A DNA stretch of 28,225 nucleotides from Acidobacteriota bacterium (GCA_003222755.1 QHXA01000102.1:8254-36478); one strand, 5' to 3'. Positions 1 to 9,486 are shown, counted from the stretch's first letter. Notes: generated by a model from the sequence alone, not told the origin. Numbers and translations are program-made.

Positions 1-1
1 A

Positions 2-187
2 CAAATCATTGGCGAGTACAACGTCAAGAACGAAGGCATCCGCCTCCTCTACGACTCTGCCCTCCGCTGGAAATCCCTCATTCCCCGCTTCTCCATCTCC
101 CACGTCCGCCGCGAAAAAAACAAAGAAGCCGACAAACTGGCCAACCGCGCTATGGATACCCACCGGAACTCGGTCGAATGGGAGTAG
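2..187 (+). CDS. rnhA: Ribonuclease HI family protein, C-terminal part (5' truncated by window; not in ORF track)
   Basis: Frame +2 reads QIIGEYNVKNEGIRLLYDSALRWKSLIPRFSISHVRREKNKEADKLANRAMDTHRNSVEWE*. This matches the 'YxVKN..L....HVxRExNxxADxLANxAMD' C-terminus of RNase HI-like proteins. Stop TAG at 185-187. Confidence 0.85.
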   Translation, partial: QIIGEYNVKNEGIRLLYDSALRWKSLIPRFSISHVRREKNKEADKLANRAMDTHRNSVEWE

Positions 188-188
188 T

Positions 189-197
189 TGTTATAAT
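189..197 (+). promoter_or_regulatory. Extended -10 (TGtTATAAT) for leuS, 9 nt upstream of ATG 207
   Basis: Perfect TATAAT at 192-197 preceded by TG; no SD before the ATG. Confidence 0.6.
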
Positions 198-206
198 CAT
201 CTGACT

Positions 207-2642
207 ATGTCCGTTGAAAATTACAGTCCTGGCGAAATCGAGCCGAAGTGGCGCGAGTACTGGATCTCAAACAGCCTTCACGAAGCTACAGACGACGATC
301 CGCGCCCGAAATACTACTGCCTCGACATGTTCCCTTATCCGTCAGGTTCAGGATTGCACGTCGGGCATTGGCGGAGCTATGTGTTGCCGGATTGCTGGTC
401 TCGATACAAATGGCTCCGGGGATTCAAAGTGCTTCACCCGATGGGCTGGGATGCGTTCGGCTCGCCTGCCGAAAACGATGCCATTCAGAAGGGTATTCAC
501 CCAGCGGTTAGCACGCAACGGAATGTGGAAAATTTTAAGCGCCAGCTTCACGAGATCGGCGCGATGTATGACTGGTCGCGCGAAATCAATACAACCGATC
601 CGGGCTATTACAAATGGACACAGTGGATCTTCGTAAAAATGTTCAAAGCCGGACTGGCATACAAGACTTTCATGCCGGTCAACTGGTGTCCGAGCTGCAA
701 GACGGGTATCGCGAATGAAGATGTCGTCAATGGCCGCTGTGAACGCTGCGGTACCGAAGTCACAAAGAAGGAACTCAATCAGTGGATGCTTCGGATCACG
801 AAGTATGCCGACCGCTTGCTGACCGGACTCGAGAAACTCGATTGGCCGGAAAAGGTCAAGACCATGCAAACCAACTGGATCGGCCGCTCCGAAGGCGCGG
901 AGGTCACGTTCATTGCAATCGCCGCGAATGGAACTGAGCATCCGCTAAACATTTTTACTACTCGTCCAGATACGCTCTTCGGCGCCACCTATATGGTTAT
1001 GGCGCCGGAGCATCCATTGGTCAAAGCGCTCACTTCGGCCGAGCAGGCGCAGGCCGTTGACGCTTACGTCGAGCAGGTGAAGAGCGAACGTGACGTGGAT
1101 CGCGCCGCAAGGACGGAGAAGACTGGTGTCTTCACGGGCGCATACGCTATCAATCCTGTAAATAACGAGAAGATCCCCATCTGGATTGCGGACTATGTGC
1201 TGATGGCCTACGGCACCGGCGCAATCATGGCCGTTCCTGCGCACGATGAGCGCGACTACGAATTTGCGAAGACATTTGGATTGGAAATCCGTGAGGTCAT
1301 CTCGTCAACACCGGGGGTCGCTGAAAAAGCATTCATCGGCGAAGGTACCATGATCAACTCCGGCCGGTTCACGGGTACGCCATCGGCCGAAGGGCGCAAA
1401 GCGATTGTCAAATGGCTTGAGGAGAAGGGCCTCGGTCGTGCGACCGTAAATTACAAGCTCCGTGATTGGGTTTTCTCGCGTCAGCGCTATTGGGGCGAGC
1501 CAATACCAATCATTCACTGCTCCATTAATTGCGGTTTGGTTCCGGTGCCGGAAGAAGACTTGCCAGTTGGATTGCCGGACGTGGAACGTTACCAACCGAC
1601 CGGTACGGGCGAATCACCGCTTGCTGCCATTCACGATTGGGTGAACACGCGTTGTCCGAACTGCGGAGGACCGGCCAAGCGTGAGACGGACACGATGCCG
1701 CAATGGGCGGGCTCGTCGTGGTATTTCTTGCGTTACGCATCGCCTCGCGCCGAAGACACGCTCATCACAGAAAAAGGTCGAGAGTGGCTCCCGGTGGATA
1801 TGTATGTCGGCGGGGTAGAGCACGCGATTCTGCATCTCTTGTATGCGCGATTTTTCACCATGTTCCTGCACGACATCGGCGTGGTCGACTTCGATGAACC
1901 CTTCTCACGGCTGTTCAACCAGGGCATGATCACATACGTCGGCAAGAGCGGCAAAGCGGAGAAAATGTCGAAGTCCAAAGGCAACGTGGTCAATCCCGAC
2001 CCCCTTGTTCGCGATTTTGGCTGCGATTCCCTTCGGATGTACGAATTGTTCGTTGGCCCACCGGAGCTCGATGCCGAGTGGAGCGATCACGGTATCGAGG
2101 GAGTCTACCGTTTCTTGAAGCGGGCTTGGCATTGGGTATTGATGCACAATGGCCGCTGGACGGCGTCTCCTTCCGAGAAGATACTCAGGTCACGTCACGT
2201 TCTCATCAAGAACGTGACAGAACGTCTCGAAACGTTCCGGATGAACACCATCGTGAGTTCATTCATGGAGTTTGTGAATGATATTGCCTCGACGAATGAA
2301 CCTCCCGATCAAGAGACCATCGAGGCATTCTTGACTGCATTAGCTCCCTTTGCGCCACATTTCTCTGAAGAACTCTGGCAACGGACGGGACACAAGCCCT
2401 CAATCTTCTTGCAAAAATGGCCAGCGTGGGATGAGGCGTATACGAAGTCGAAGAAGGTCACAGTCGCTGTGCAAATCAACGGCAAACTGCGGGGAACGAT
2501 CCTTGTACAAGCGGAGGCGCCGGAAGCTACGGTGCTCGAAACTGCCACGAAAGATCCTGCGATCACACGGTACTTGGATGGAAAGCAGATCCGGAAGAAG
2601 ATCTACGTGAAGAATAGGATCCTTAACCTCGTCGTTGCGTAG
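207..2642 (+). CDS. leuS: Leucine--tRNA ligase
   Basis: MFPYPSG, HVGH (HIGH-like), GWDAFG, CP1 editing motifs FTTRPDT and GTGAIMAVPAHDERD, WVFSRQRYWG, KMSKSKGN. Start set at ATG 207 because the upstream 66 codons overlap the RNase H gene. Confidence 0.98.
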   Translation: MSVENYSPGEIEPKWREYWISNSLHEATDDDPRPKYYCLDMFPYPSGSGLHVGHWRSYVLPDCWSRYKWLRGFKVLHPMGWDAFGSPAENDAIQKGIHPAVSTQRNVENFKRQLHEIGAMYDWSREINTTDPGYYKWTQWIFVKMFKAGLAYKTFMPVNWCPSCKTGIANEDVVNGRCERCGTEVTKKELNQWMLRITKYADRLLTGLEKLDWPEKVKTMQTNWIGRSEGAEVTFIAIAANGTEHPLNIFTTRPDTLFGATYMVMAPEHPLVKALTSAEQAQAVDAYVEQVKSERDVDRAARTEKTGVFTGAYAINPVNNEKIPIWIADYVLMAYGTGAIMAVPAHDERDYEFAKTFGLEIREVISSTPGVAEKAFIGEGTMINSGRFTGTPSAEGRKAIVKWLEEKGLGRATVNYKLRDWVFSRQRYWGEPIPIIHCSINCGLVPVPEEDLPVGLPDVERYQPTGTGESPLAAIHDWVNTRCPNCGGPAKRETDTMPQWAGSSWYFLRYASPRAEDTLITEKGREWLPVDMYVGGVEHAILHLLYARFFTMFLHDIGVVDFDEPFSRLFNQGMITYVGKSGKAEKMSKSKGNVVNPDPLVRDFGCDSLRMYELFVGPPELDAEWSDHGIEGVYRFLKRAWHWVLMHNGRWTASPSEKILRSRHVLIKNVTERLETFRMNTIVSSFMEFVNDIASTNEPPDQETIEAFLTALAPFAPHFSEELWQRTGHKPSIFLQKWPAWDEAYTKSKKVTVAVQINGKLRGTILVQAEAPEATVLETATKDPAITRYLDGKQIRKKIYVKNRILNLVVA

Positions 2643-2713
2643 GAGCGAACCCCGCAACCCCACCAGTTGAGCACTTGACCTTTGGTGCCGGGTGACCCGG
2701 AACTCTTGAGCTA

Positions 2714-2742
2714 TTGTTACGCTGTCGTCCTGCCTCTAGCAT
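2714..2742 (+). promoter_or_regulatory. Candidate sigma70 promoter TTGTTA-N17-TAGCAT for the HTH ORF
   Basis: Hexamers at 2714-2719 and 2737-2742 with a 17-nt spacer; ATG follows 9 nt later. Confidence 0.4.
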
Positions 2743-2751
2743 GATCACACA

Positions 2752-2970
2752 ATGCGTAGGAAACAGGGACGAAGCTTTTCGGCGGAAGAAATCGAGAGAG
2801 TGAAGTATTTGCTCAGTTCGACGGAGCTTACACTGCAGCAAATCGCCATCCGGATGGATTGCTCCAAAAGCAGTGTCGCAATAATCAATCAGAATTTTCG
2901 CATTAGACAATATCAAGGCCGGAGGAGCGGTTGGGCTCGAGTTGCGCGCGAAGACGTGGGCCAAAGCTAA
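2752..2970 (+). CDS. Small helix-turn-helix domain protein (72 aa), function unknown
   Basis: FSAEEIERVKYLLSSTELTLQQIAIRMDCSKSSVAIIN has a three-helix HTH pattern; it fills the gap between leuS and the convergent peptidase. Confidence 0.65.
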   Translation: MRRKQGRSFSAEEIERVKYLLSSTELTLQQIAIRMDCSKSSVAIINQNFRIRQYQGRRSGWARVAREDVGQS

Positions 2971-2983
2971 TTCACGACACATC

Positions 2984-4249
2984 TCATTGAACACCGGCAA
3001 GGGCCACCAAGATTCCCATGGCGATGTTGATACCTCGTAGGCTTGCACTCTTGTCCACGTCGATCCATTCGTCCAATGTGTGATTGCGGCCGCCGGTACC
3101 GCCGGATTCCAAGGTGATCGCCGGGATGCCTATGCTCATCGGAATATTCGAGTCCGTACTACTGATGCCATAGGCGGGAGACATCCCGAAGGCTTCGATG
3201 ACGCCGGCTGCGGTTTGAACCATGGGCGCGGTAATTGGGATCTGTCCAAAAGGGCGGTCACCGATGAGTTTTACGTCGACTTCAATCCTGCCTTGAGACG
3301 TTGACCGGGCGCGATTCTCTTCTTCTGCGGCTTCACGCATCAGTCGGCTGAACGTGTCGATTGCCTTATTCAGTTCCTCCTTCGTTTCGGAACGTATGTC
3401 TACATCCATCCACGATTCGAAAGGAATTGAATTGACGGAGGTGCCACCGCCAATTACGCCAACGTTGAAGGTAGTCTTTGGCCTTGATGGGACCTGCATT
3501 CTTGAAAGCTTCGCGATCGCATTTCCCAAAGCATATGCAGGACTGACCAGTCCGAATGATCCAAAGCTGTGTCCACCGGGACCTCTAAACGTCACTTTAA
3601 ATCTTTTGCTCCCGATTCCACCGACGGTGATGTCGTTTCCCGGACCAAAAGGATCGAGCGAGATGAACATCTTGATCTTGTCTTTATACGACCCTTTCTG
3701 AAACAAATATTTCATGCCACGCAGGTCGCCAGGGCCTTCTTCCCCCACGTTGCCGATGAAAAGAATGTCACTCGCGGTTTGGATCTTCGCCGCATCCATC
3801 GCGCGAACTATCGCCAGCAGGACGGCAAGCGAGCGTGAGTCGTCGCCGATTCCGGGAGCACGTAATTTTGTGCCTTCACGGCGGACTCTGACGTTTGTCC
3901 CTTCTGGAAAAACAGTGTCGAGGTGTGCGGCGATCGCGATCACCGGCCCACCACCGGTTCCTTCACGAGTGCCGATGACGTTCCCCTCAGCATCGATCTG
4001 GACATCCGAGAGCCCGCTTTGCCGCAACATATCCGCAAAGGCTTTGGCGCGCTTTTCTTCCTTGAACGGCGGTGCTTCGATTTCCGTGATTTGAATGATT
4101 TCGCGCACGAGTCGATCGTGATCTTTTGCAATGAACTCTTCAGCCGCTTGAAATTTCGCGTTTGTGAGAACCCTCTGCGCAGCTGAAACTTGTGCTTGCG
4201 CGGGAACGATGAAGCAGTAAGCCGCGAACGCCAGAAATACGTTACGCAC
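2984..4249 (-). CDS. Secreted M20/M25/M40-family metallopeptidase/amidohydrolase
   Basis: AHLDTV, PGIGDD, GEEG, GGHS, STDSN and C-terminal HT metal-ligand motifs. GTG 4249 gives a signal peptide (RNVFLAFAAYCFIVPAQA) and an 8-bp overlap with the pyrC end. Confidence 0.9.
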   Translation of the reverse strand: MRNVFLAFAAYCFIVPAQAQVSAAQRVLTNAKFQAAEEFIAKDHDRLVREIIQITEIEAPPFKEEKRAKAFADMLRQSGLSDVQIDAEGNVIGTREGTGGGPVIAIAAHLDTVFPEGTNVRVRREGTKLRAPGIGDDSRSLAVLLAIVRAMDAAKIQTASDILFIGNVGEEGPGDLRGMKYLFQKGSYKDKIKMFISLDPFGPGNDITVGGIGSKRFKVTFRGPGGHSFGSFGLVSPAYALGNAIAKLSRMQVPSRPKTTFNVGVIGGGTSVNSIPFESWMDVDIRSETKEELNKAIDTFSRLMREAAEEENRARSTSQGRIEVDVKLIGDRPFGQIPITAPMVQTAAGVIEAFGMSPAYGISSTDSNIPMSIGIPAITLESGGTGGRNHTLDEWIDVDKSASLRGINIAMGILVALAGVQ

Positions 4250-5507
4250 GATCTTCGTAAACAACCTTGCCTCCGACGATTGTCGCAACGGCTTTGCCTG
4301 TGAGATGCCATCCATGGAATGGAGAGTTTCGGCTGAGCGAACGCGATTGATTCACCTCAAATGTCCAGTTGCGCTTCAAATCGAGCACCGTGAGATCCGC
4401 AGGGCTTCCATTAAACAATCCCCACGGCTTCACTTTCATAACTTTCTGCGGATTGGTCGAAAACAGCTCGACGAACCGCCTAACCGGCAGTTGAAGCCTC
4501 GTCAGTGCCAACGCCACAGCAGTTTCCAAACCCGTGATGCCAAATGGGGCGCGGTCGAATTCAAGCATTTTCAGGTTCACATGATGTGGTGCGTGGTCGC
4601 TAGCAATGGCATCGATGGTGCCGTCCTTGATGCCTTCGATCAATGCTGCGACGTCGTCTGCCGATCGTAGCGGCGGATTCATTTTCGCATTCGTATCGTA
4701 ATCCGCAACGGCTGCATCTGTAAGTGTGAAGTGATGCGGTGTCACTTCCGCGGACACTCGTAGCCCACGAGCCTTAGCTTCGCGCACCATGTCGACGGCG
4801 CGGCCGGTGCTGAGATGGGCGATATGATATTTGCCTCGGGTCATGTGGGCCAGAATGAGATCCCGCGACACCATGGCTTCCTCTGCCGCCGCCGGAATAC
4901 CCTTCAATCCGAGCCGTGTTGAGTACATGCCTTCGTGCATGACGCCGCCTTTCGAGAGATCGACGTCTTCGCAATGCTGAATGACGGGCATGTCAAACGT
5001 CAGTGCATACTCGAGAGCGCGCCGAAACAACTGGGCATTCATGACGGGCTTGCCGTCATCCGAAATGCCGACGATGCCGGCCTCAAACATTTCACCGATT
5101 TCGGCCAAAGTTTCGCCCTTTTGCTCCTTGGTGATTGCGCCGATCGGAAAAACGCGCGCAGGCGACGATCTGCGCGCTTCAGCGACGATATAGTGGGTAA
5201 TTGAAGGATTATCATTCGGAGGCTTCGTATTCGGCATGGCGGCGACAGCCGTGAACCCGCCTGCCACCGCGGCATTCCCCCCCGTCGCGATCGTCTCTGC
5301 TTCCTCGGTCCCAGGCTCGCGCAGATGCACATGAATGTCGAAAAATCCGGGAGCGACGATCAAGCCGGACGCGTCAAAGACAGGCAGATCGGAAACGCTC
5401 CCGTCACCGACCGAGTGGATCATTCCATCGCGAATGATAACATCGGCAATTCTATCGATATTCAGCGCGGGATCCACCACCCTCCCATTCTTGACGAGCA
5501 GATTCAC
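4242..5507 (-). CDS. pyrC: Dihydroorotase (type I)
   Basis: DIHVHLREPG, GGFT..AAMPNT, SDDG, HCED, EVTPHH, KMNPPLR, SDHAPH; TAGTG stop/start overlap with pyrB. Confidence 0.97.
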   Translation of the reverse strand: MNLLVKNGRVVDPALNIDRIADVIIRDGMIHSVGDGSVSDLPVFDASGLIVAPGFFDIHVHLREPGTEEAETIATGGNAAVAGGFTAVAAMPNTKPPNDNPSITHYIVAEARRSSPARVFPIGAITKEQKGETLAEIGEMFEAGIVGISDDGKPVMNAQLFRRALEYALTFDMPVIQHCEDVDLSKGGVMHEGMYSTRLGLKGIPAAAEEAMVSRDLILAHMTRGKYHIAHLSTGRAVDMVREAKARGLRVSAEVTPHHFTLTDAAVADYDTNAKMNPPLRSADDVAALIEGIKDGTIDAIASDHAPHHVNLKMLEFDRAPFGITGLETAVALALTRLQLPVRRFVELFSTNPQKVMKVKPWGLFNGSPADLTVLDLKRNWTFEVNQSRSLSRNSPFHGWHLTGKAVATIVGGKVVYEDRA

Positions 5508-6439
5508 TATCCCCCCAGCAGTAGATAAAGAATCGCCATTCGCACGGCCACACCTGCAGAGACTTGATCGAGGATCACGGAGAATGGGCCGTCGGCCACA
5601 TCCGTCGCGATTTCAACGCCGCGATTCATCGGTCCCGGATGCATGATGATGACGTCCGGCTTCGCCCATCGTGCGCGCGCGCTAGTAAGACCGTAGTATC
5701 GGAAATACTCCCGGACCGATGGAAAAAATGATTCCGTCATTCGTTCGAACTGTATCCGCAGCATCATCACCACGTCAGCATGTTCAACTGCTTCATCCAT
5801 CGAGTTGGTGAGATGGAGAAATTCATTGTTCTCGCAAACGATTCTCTCGATGCCGAGCGGCATCAGTGTGGGGGCCGCACACAACCATACGTGCGATCCG
5901 AATTTCGTCAGCAGATGCGTGTTCGATCGGGCGACACGGCTGTGAGCAATATCTCCAATAATCGCGACCTTCAGATCGTTTAAACGCCGCTTTCGCTGCC
6001 GGATCGTGTACGCATCCAGCAACGCCTGGGTCGGATGTTCATGCGAGCCATCTCCGCCATTCACGATGCTCGCCTTCGTCAGCTTGGCCAATGTGTGCGG
6101 GGCCCCGGAAGCGGAGTGCCGGATCACGACGCAATCGGCCGCCATCGCGTCCAAAGTTCTTGCTGTGTCGATCAATGTTTCACCTTTGGACACACTACTG
6201 GTCGAGGAAGAAATGTTCACCACATCTGCCGATAAGCGCTTTCCGGCGATTTCGAATGATGTGCGTGTTCGAGTGGACGCTTCGAAAAAGAGATTAATTA
6301 TCGTTTTGCCGCGCAATGTAGGGACTTTCTTAATGGGACGCGTAGAAACCTCTTGAAAAGATTCTGCTGCATCCAGAATTTCCAGGATTTCCTCGCGGCC
6401 GAGGTCTTCAATTCCCAGCAGATCTTTTCGCTTGAGCAC
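5507..6439 (-). CDS. pyrB: Aspartate carbamoyltransferase catalytic subunit
   Basis: [48 protein letters not shown]. Confidence 0.98.
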   Translation of the reverse strand: MLKRKDLLGIEDLGREEILEILDAAESFQEVSTRPIKKVPTLRGKTIINLFFEASTRTRTSFEIAGKRLSADVVNISSSTSSVSKGETLIDTARTLDAMAADCVVIRHSASGAPHTLAKLTKASIVNGGDGSHEHPTQALLDAYTIRQRKRRLNDLKVAIIGDIAHSRVARSNTHLLTKFGSHVWLCAAPTLMPLGIERIVCENNEFLHLTNSMDEAVEHADVVMMLRIQFERMTESFFPSVREYFRYYGLTSARARWAKPDVIIMHPGPMNRGVEIATDVADGPFSVILDQVSAGVAVRMAILYLLLGG

Positions 6440-6443
6440 GCGG

Positions 6444-6986
6444 CTAGATTTTCTCCATCACGTAGATCGCGTCTTCGCCGTCGAATTCTTTCAGCCTGAC
6501 TTCGACCACCTCGTCGTCCTTCGTTGTGATTCTTTTTCCGATGAAATTGGCCTCGATCGGCAGCTCACGATGTCCGCGGTCGATCATTACAGCCAGTTGA
6601 ATCGTGCGCATCCGGCCGAAATCGCAGAGTGCGTCGAGTGCCGCGCGAATCGTTCGGCCCGTATAGAGGACGTCATCCACGAGAACGACGTCGCGGTCGT
6701 CAATATTCGGTGGCACTTCTGTTTTCTGGACTACCGGCTGCGAAGCCACACGAGTGAGGTCGTCTCGATATAAATTGATATCAAGTGTTCCGATTTGCGG
6801 CTCCCTTTGCATCTTTGCAGCCATCCGTACCGCCATGCGCCGCGCCATCGGGACCCCACGCCTCTGAATACCAATCAGCACGAGGGGCCTGCCGCTGTTG
6901 GCTTTCAAAATGTCGTCAGCGATGCGGTTCAATGTCGTGCTTACTTCATCGGAATTCATGAGCTGATAGCTGAGTTTCAAAGACAT
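6444..6986 (-). CDS. pyrR: PyrR pyrimidine regulatory protein / uracil phosphoribosyltransferase
   Basis: [45 protein letters not shown]; first gene of the pyrB-pyrC operon. Confidence 0.96.
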   Translation of the reverse strand: MSLKLSYQLMNSDEVSTTLNRIADDILKANSGRPLVLIGIQRRGVPMARRMAVRMAAKMQREPQIGTLDINLYRDDLTRVASQPVVQKTEVPPNIDDRDVVLVDDVLYTGRTIRAALDALCDFGRMRTIQLAVMIDRGHRELPIEANFIGKRITTKDDEVVEVRLKEFDGEDAIYVMEKI

Positions 6987-6997
6987 GGCGGACCGAG

Positions 6998-7003
6998 ATT
7001 ATA
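6998..7003 (-). promoter_or_regulatory. -10 TATAAT for pyrR, 11 nt upstream of ATG
   Basis: Minus strand reads gggaTATAATctcggtccgccATG; no SD. Confidence 0.55.
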
Positions 7004-7035
7004 TCCCAAAGGGGTTGGATCATTTGGCTGCAGGT

Positions 7036-7064
7036 CATTCCTGATCATTCCTGAGCATTCCTGA
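7036..7064. repeat. Three tandem CATTCCTGA repeats, 10-bp period, between the divergent pyrR and pyrD promoters
   Basis: Exact 9-mers at 7036, 7046 and 7056. Confidence 0.85.
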
Positions 7065-7100
7065 ACAGCGGGACGAGCGGTCTCACCCGTTCTTCCGCGT

Positions 7101-7106
7101 TATGAT
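7101..7106 (+). promoter_or_regulatory. -10 TATGAT for pyrD, 7 nt upstream of GTG 7114 (leaderless geometry)
   Basis: gcgtTATGATacataccGTGaat; no SD. Confidence 0.5.
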
Positions 7107-7113
7107 ACATACC

Positions 7114-8022
7114 GTGAATCTCTCGATTGAATTCGCCGGGATCCGGCTCAATAACCCAGTTATTGCTGCCAGTGGAACTTTCGGATACGGCGAAGAGTTC
7201 GCGCGATTTGCTGACCTCCGCCGGATTGGTGGCATTTGCGTAAAAGGCACGTCCGCTCGGCCAATCGATGGCAATGCGCCTCCGCGGCTGTTTCCCACAC
7301 CATCAGGTATGCTGAACTCCATTGGCTTGGAGAATGTCGGCGTAGATGCCTTCATTCGCGACAAAATGCCATTTCTCCGGAAACTCGGATGCGGCGTTTT
7401 TGTGAACGTGTTCGGCTTCACCGACGAGGAGTACGCGGTAGTCATTGACAAGCTCAATGCGTGCGAAGGCATTACAGGCTACGAGATCAACATCTCCTGT
7501 CCCAACACGAAACACGGAGGAATGGTCTTTGGTCAGAATCCTGTATTGACCCGGCAATTGGTTAGCATGCTAAAAGAGCGCACGCGGCGGCCACTGATCG
7601 TAAAGCTTTCGCCGAACGTTACAGACGTCGCCGAGCTTGCGCGAGCGGTGGAGGATGCCGGGGCTGATGCACTGACGGTGGCGAACACGTTTCTGGCGAT
7701 GGCCATCGATGTAGCCACCTTCAAGCCACGCATCAAGACGATCACCGGTGGCCTCTCCGGTCCCGCGATCCGCCCGATCACGCTGCGGATGGTTTATCAA
7801 TGTGTGCGTGCCGTGAAGATTCCCGTGATCGGGCTCGGCGGCATTGTGAAAGCCGAAGACGCTATTGAGTACTTCCTTGCCGGCGCCTCGGCTGTGCAGG
7901 TCGGTACCGCCAGCTTTTACGACCCACGTGCTCCGCTGCACGTCCTTGAAGGTTTGGAAAGGTTTCTAAAGCAAAGAAACCTGTCTTCGATTCGCGATAT
8001 CGTGGGACAAATGAGGCAATGA
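7114..8022 (+). CDS. pyrD: Dihydroorotate dehydrogenase, family 1 catalytic subunit
   Basis: NPVIAASGTFGYG, GMLNSIGLEN, NISCPN, KLSPNV, GGLSGPAIRP, VQVGTA. GTG 7114 (MNLSIEFAG) preferred over ATG 7102. No pyrK in this window. Confidence 0.96.
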   Translation: MNLSIEFAGIRLNNPVIAASGTFGYGEEFARFADLRRIGGICVKGTSARPIDGNAPPRLFPTPSGMLNSIGLENVGVDAFIRDKMPFLRKLGCGVFVNVFGFTDEEYAVVIDKLNACEGITGYEINISCPNTKHGGMVFGQNPVLTRQLVSMLKERTRRPLIVKLSPNVTDVAELARAVEDAGADALTVANTFLAMAIDVATFKPRIKTITGGLSGPAIRPITLRMVYQCVRAVKIPVIGLGGIVKAEDAIEYFLAGASAVQVGTASFYDPRAPLHVLEGLERFLKQRNLSSIRDIVGQMRQ

Positions 8023-8711
8023 ACGAAAAAATCATCGTTGCGTTGGACGTCAACTCGCACGACCGTGCATTGAAACTCGTCCGCGAGTTGCAGGATGTCA
8101 TCGGCATGTTCAAGGTCGGTAGTCAACTTTTCACCGGATCGGGGCCGCAAATCGTACGTGAAATCATTGCAGGCGGCGGCAAGGTTTTCCTGGACCTCAA
8201 GTTTCATGACATTCCGAATACTGTAACGCAGGCTGCAACGGAGGCGGCCAAGCTCGGCGTCTCGATGATGACGCTCCACGCCAGCGGAGGCCGCACCATG
8301 ATGGAGTCCGTATCGAAGGAGCTTCACACCCATTTCGGCAGCAACAAGCCAATCGTCGTCGCGATCACGGTATTGACGAGCTTCGACACGCGGGCGCTTT
8401 TCGAAATTGGCGTGGAAATACCGCTAGAGGAGCAAGTGCAGCGGCTGGCGTTATTAGCTGAAGGATGTGGAATGGACGGCGTTGTGTGCTCGCCCCGAGA
8501 GATTCAATTACTAAGACGCTCCGTCAACCCAAATTTTAAGATCGTCACCCCCGGAATCCGCATGCCCGATCAATCCCTTGATGATCAGCAGCGCATTGCA
8601 ACGCCGCACGAAGCACTCGCAGCCGGCGCCGATTACATCGTGGTCGGCCGCGGAATCACAGAAGATGCGGACCCTCGCGAAGCGGTCGAACGGATTGTTC
8701 AATCCATTTGA
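8019..8711 (+). CDS. pyrF: Orotidine-5'-phosphate decarboxylase
   Basis: IVALDV, FKVG, DLKFHDIPNT, TLHASGG, VTPGIR, QQRIATP, VGRGIT; ATGA overlap with pyrD. Confidence 0.98.
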   Translation: MNEKIIVALDVNSHDRALKLVRELQDVIGMFKVGSQLFTGSGPQIVREIIAGGGKVFLDLKFHDIPNTVTQAATEAAKLGVSMMTLHASGGRTMMESVSKELHTHFGSNKPIVVAITVLTSFDTRALFEIGVEIPLEEQVQRLALLAEGCGMDGVVCSPREIQLLRRSVNPNFKIVTPGIRMPDQSLDDQQRIATPHEALAAGADYIVVGRGITEDADPREAVERIVQSI

Positions 8712-9232
8712 AACAGCCGAATCCCGGCAATGCCTGCGGCTCCAGTCTTGAGGACTTGATCGGCGTTTCCGGCTGTCATGCCGCCGATCGCAAGGACCGG
8801 GATGTTTACCGCAGCAACGGCCTTCAGCAATGATTCCAAACCGACGGCAGTTTTTCCCGGCGAATCAAATACGGGACCAAAAACAATAAAGTTTGCGTGG
8901 TCTTTCTCGGCGGCAATGGCTTCTTCAATCGTGTGTGTGGAAACGCCGAGAAGTTTCATGAACGGACGCACGCGGCCGGCCGACAAGCCGTTGGCCGGAA
9001 GGTGAACTCCCTCGACGCCTGAAGCCAGAGCAACGTCCAAACGATCGTTCACGAGCACTCGGGTTTTTGTGCCGGCAGCGAGATCTCGTATTCTGCAGAC
9101 CAGATTAAAGAGATCTCGTGCCGGCAAGTCTTTTTCACGGACCTGAACCATATCCACGCCATCGCGGACTGCGCGCGCGGCACAGGCAACGACGTCACCC
9201 TGATGCCGATCCGTGACGTAATAGCGGATCAT
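8699..9232 (-). CDS. thiE: Thiamine phosphate synthase (ThiE/TenI family)
   Basis: YYVTDR, VQVREKD, VNDRLDVA, GVHL, GVSTH, FGPVF, PVLAIGG. ATG 9232 overlaps the upstream stop (ATGA). A TenI-like role is not excluded. Confidence 0.85.
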   Translation of the reverse strand: MIRYYVTDRHQGDVVACAARAVRDGVDMVQVREKDLPARDLFNLVCRIRDLAAGTKTRVLVNDRLDVALASGVEGVHLPANGLSAGRVRPFMKLLGVSTHTIEEAIAAEKDHANFIVFGPVFDSPGKTAVGLESLLKAVAAVNIPVLAIGGMTAGNADQVLKTGAAGIAGIRLFQMD

Positions 9233-9486
9233 TTTGCACCAGAGCGATTGACCAGCCTCAAAGATTTCCAAAATCGGCCTAGCTCGGAGAAGCCGAGTGC
9301 GAGGTCGACTACACCTAGGCCGGATACCGCGCCCCGAAAGAAGTTATTCAGAAGGAGTCCACGGAGCTGAAAAGAGTACGCCAGTAGCACGTTGTGTTCC
9401 CAGAGTTGGGACCATGGCACAACGACGAGAAAGACACCGATCTCGAAGCAGAAAAGAATAAACGCGACGGCAAGAAGGCGATTCAT
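9229..9486 (-). CDS. Small two-TM hypothetical membrane protein (85 aa)
   Basis: MNRLLAVAFILFCFEIGVFLVVVPWSQLWEHN...FRGAVSGLGVVDLALG; coupled to thiE. Confidence 0.75.
   Translation of the reverse strand: MNRLLAVAFILFCFEIGVFLVVVPWSQLWEHNVLLAYSFQLRGLLLNNFFRGAVSGLGVVDLALGFSELGRFWKSLRLVNRSGAK

Noticed and set aside
9-206. 66-aa N-terminal extension of LeuRS in the ORF track
   Set aside because: It overlaps the RNase HI gene in another frame, and a TATAAT sits just before ATG 207.
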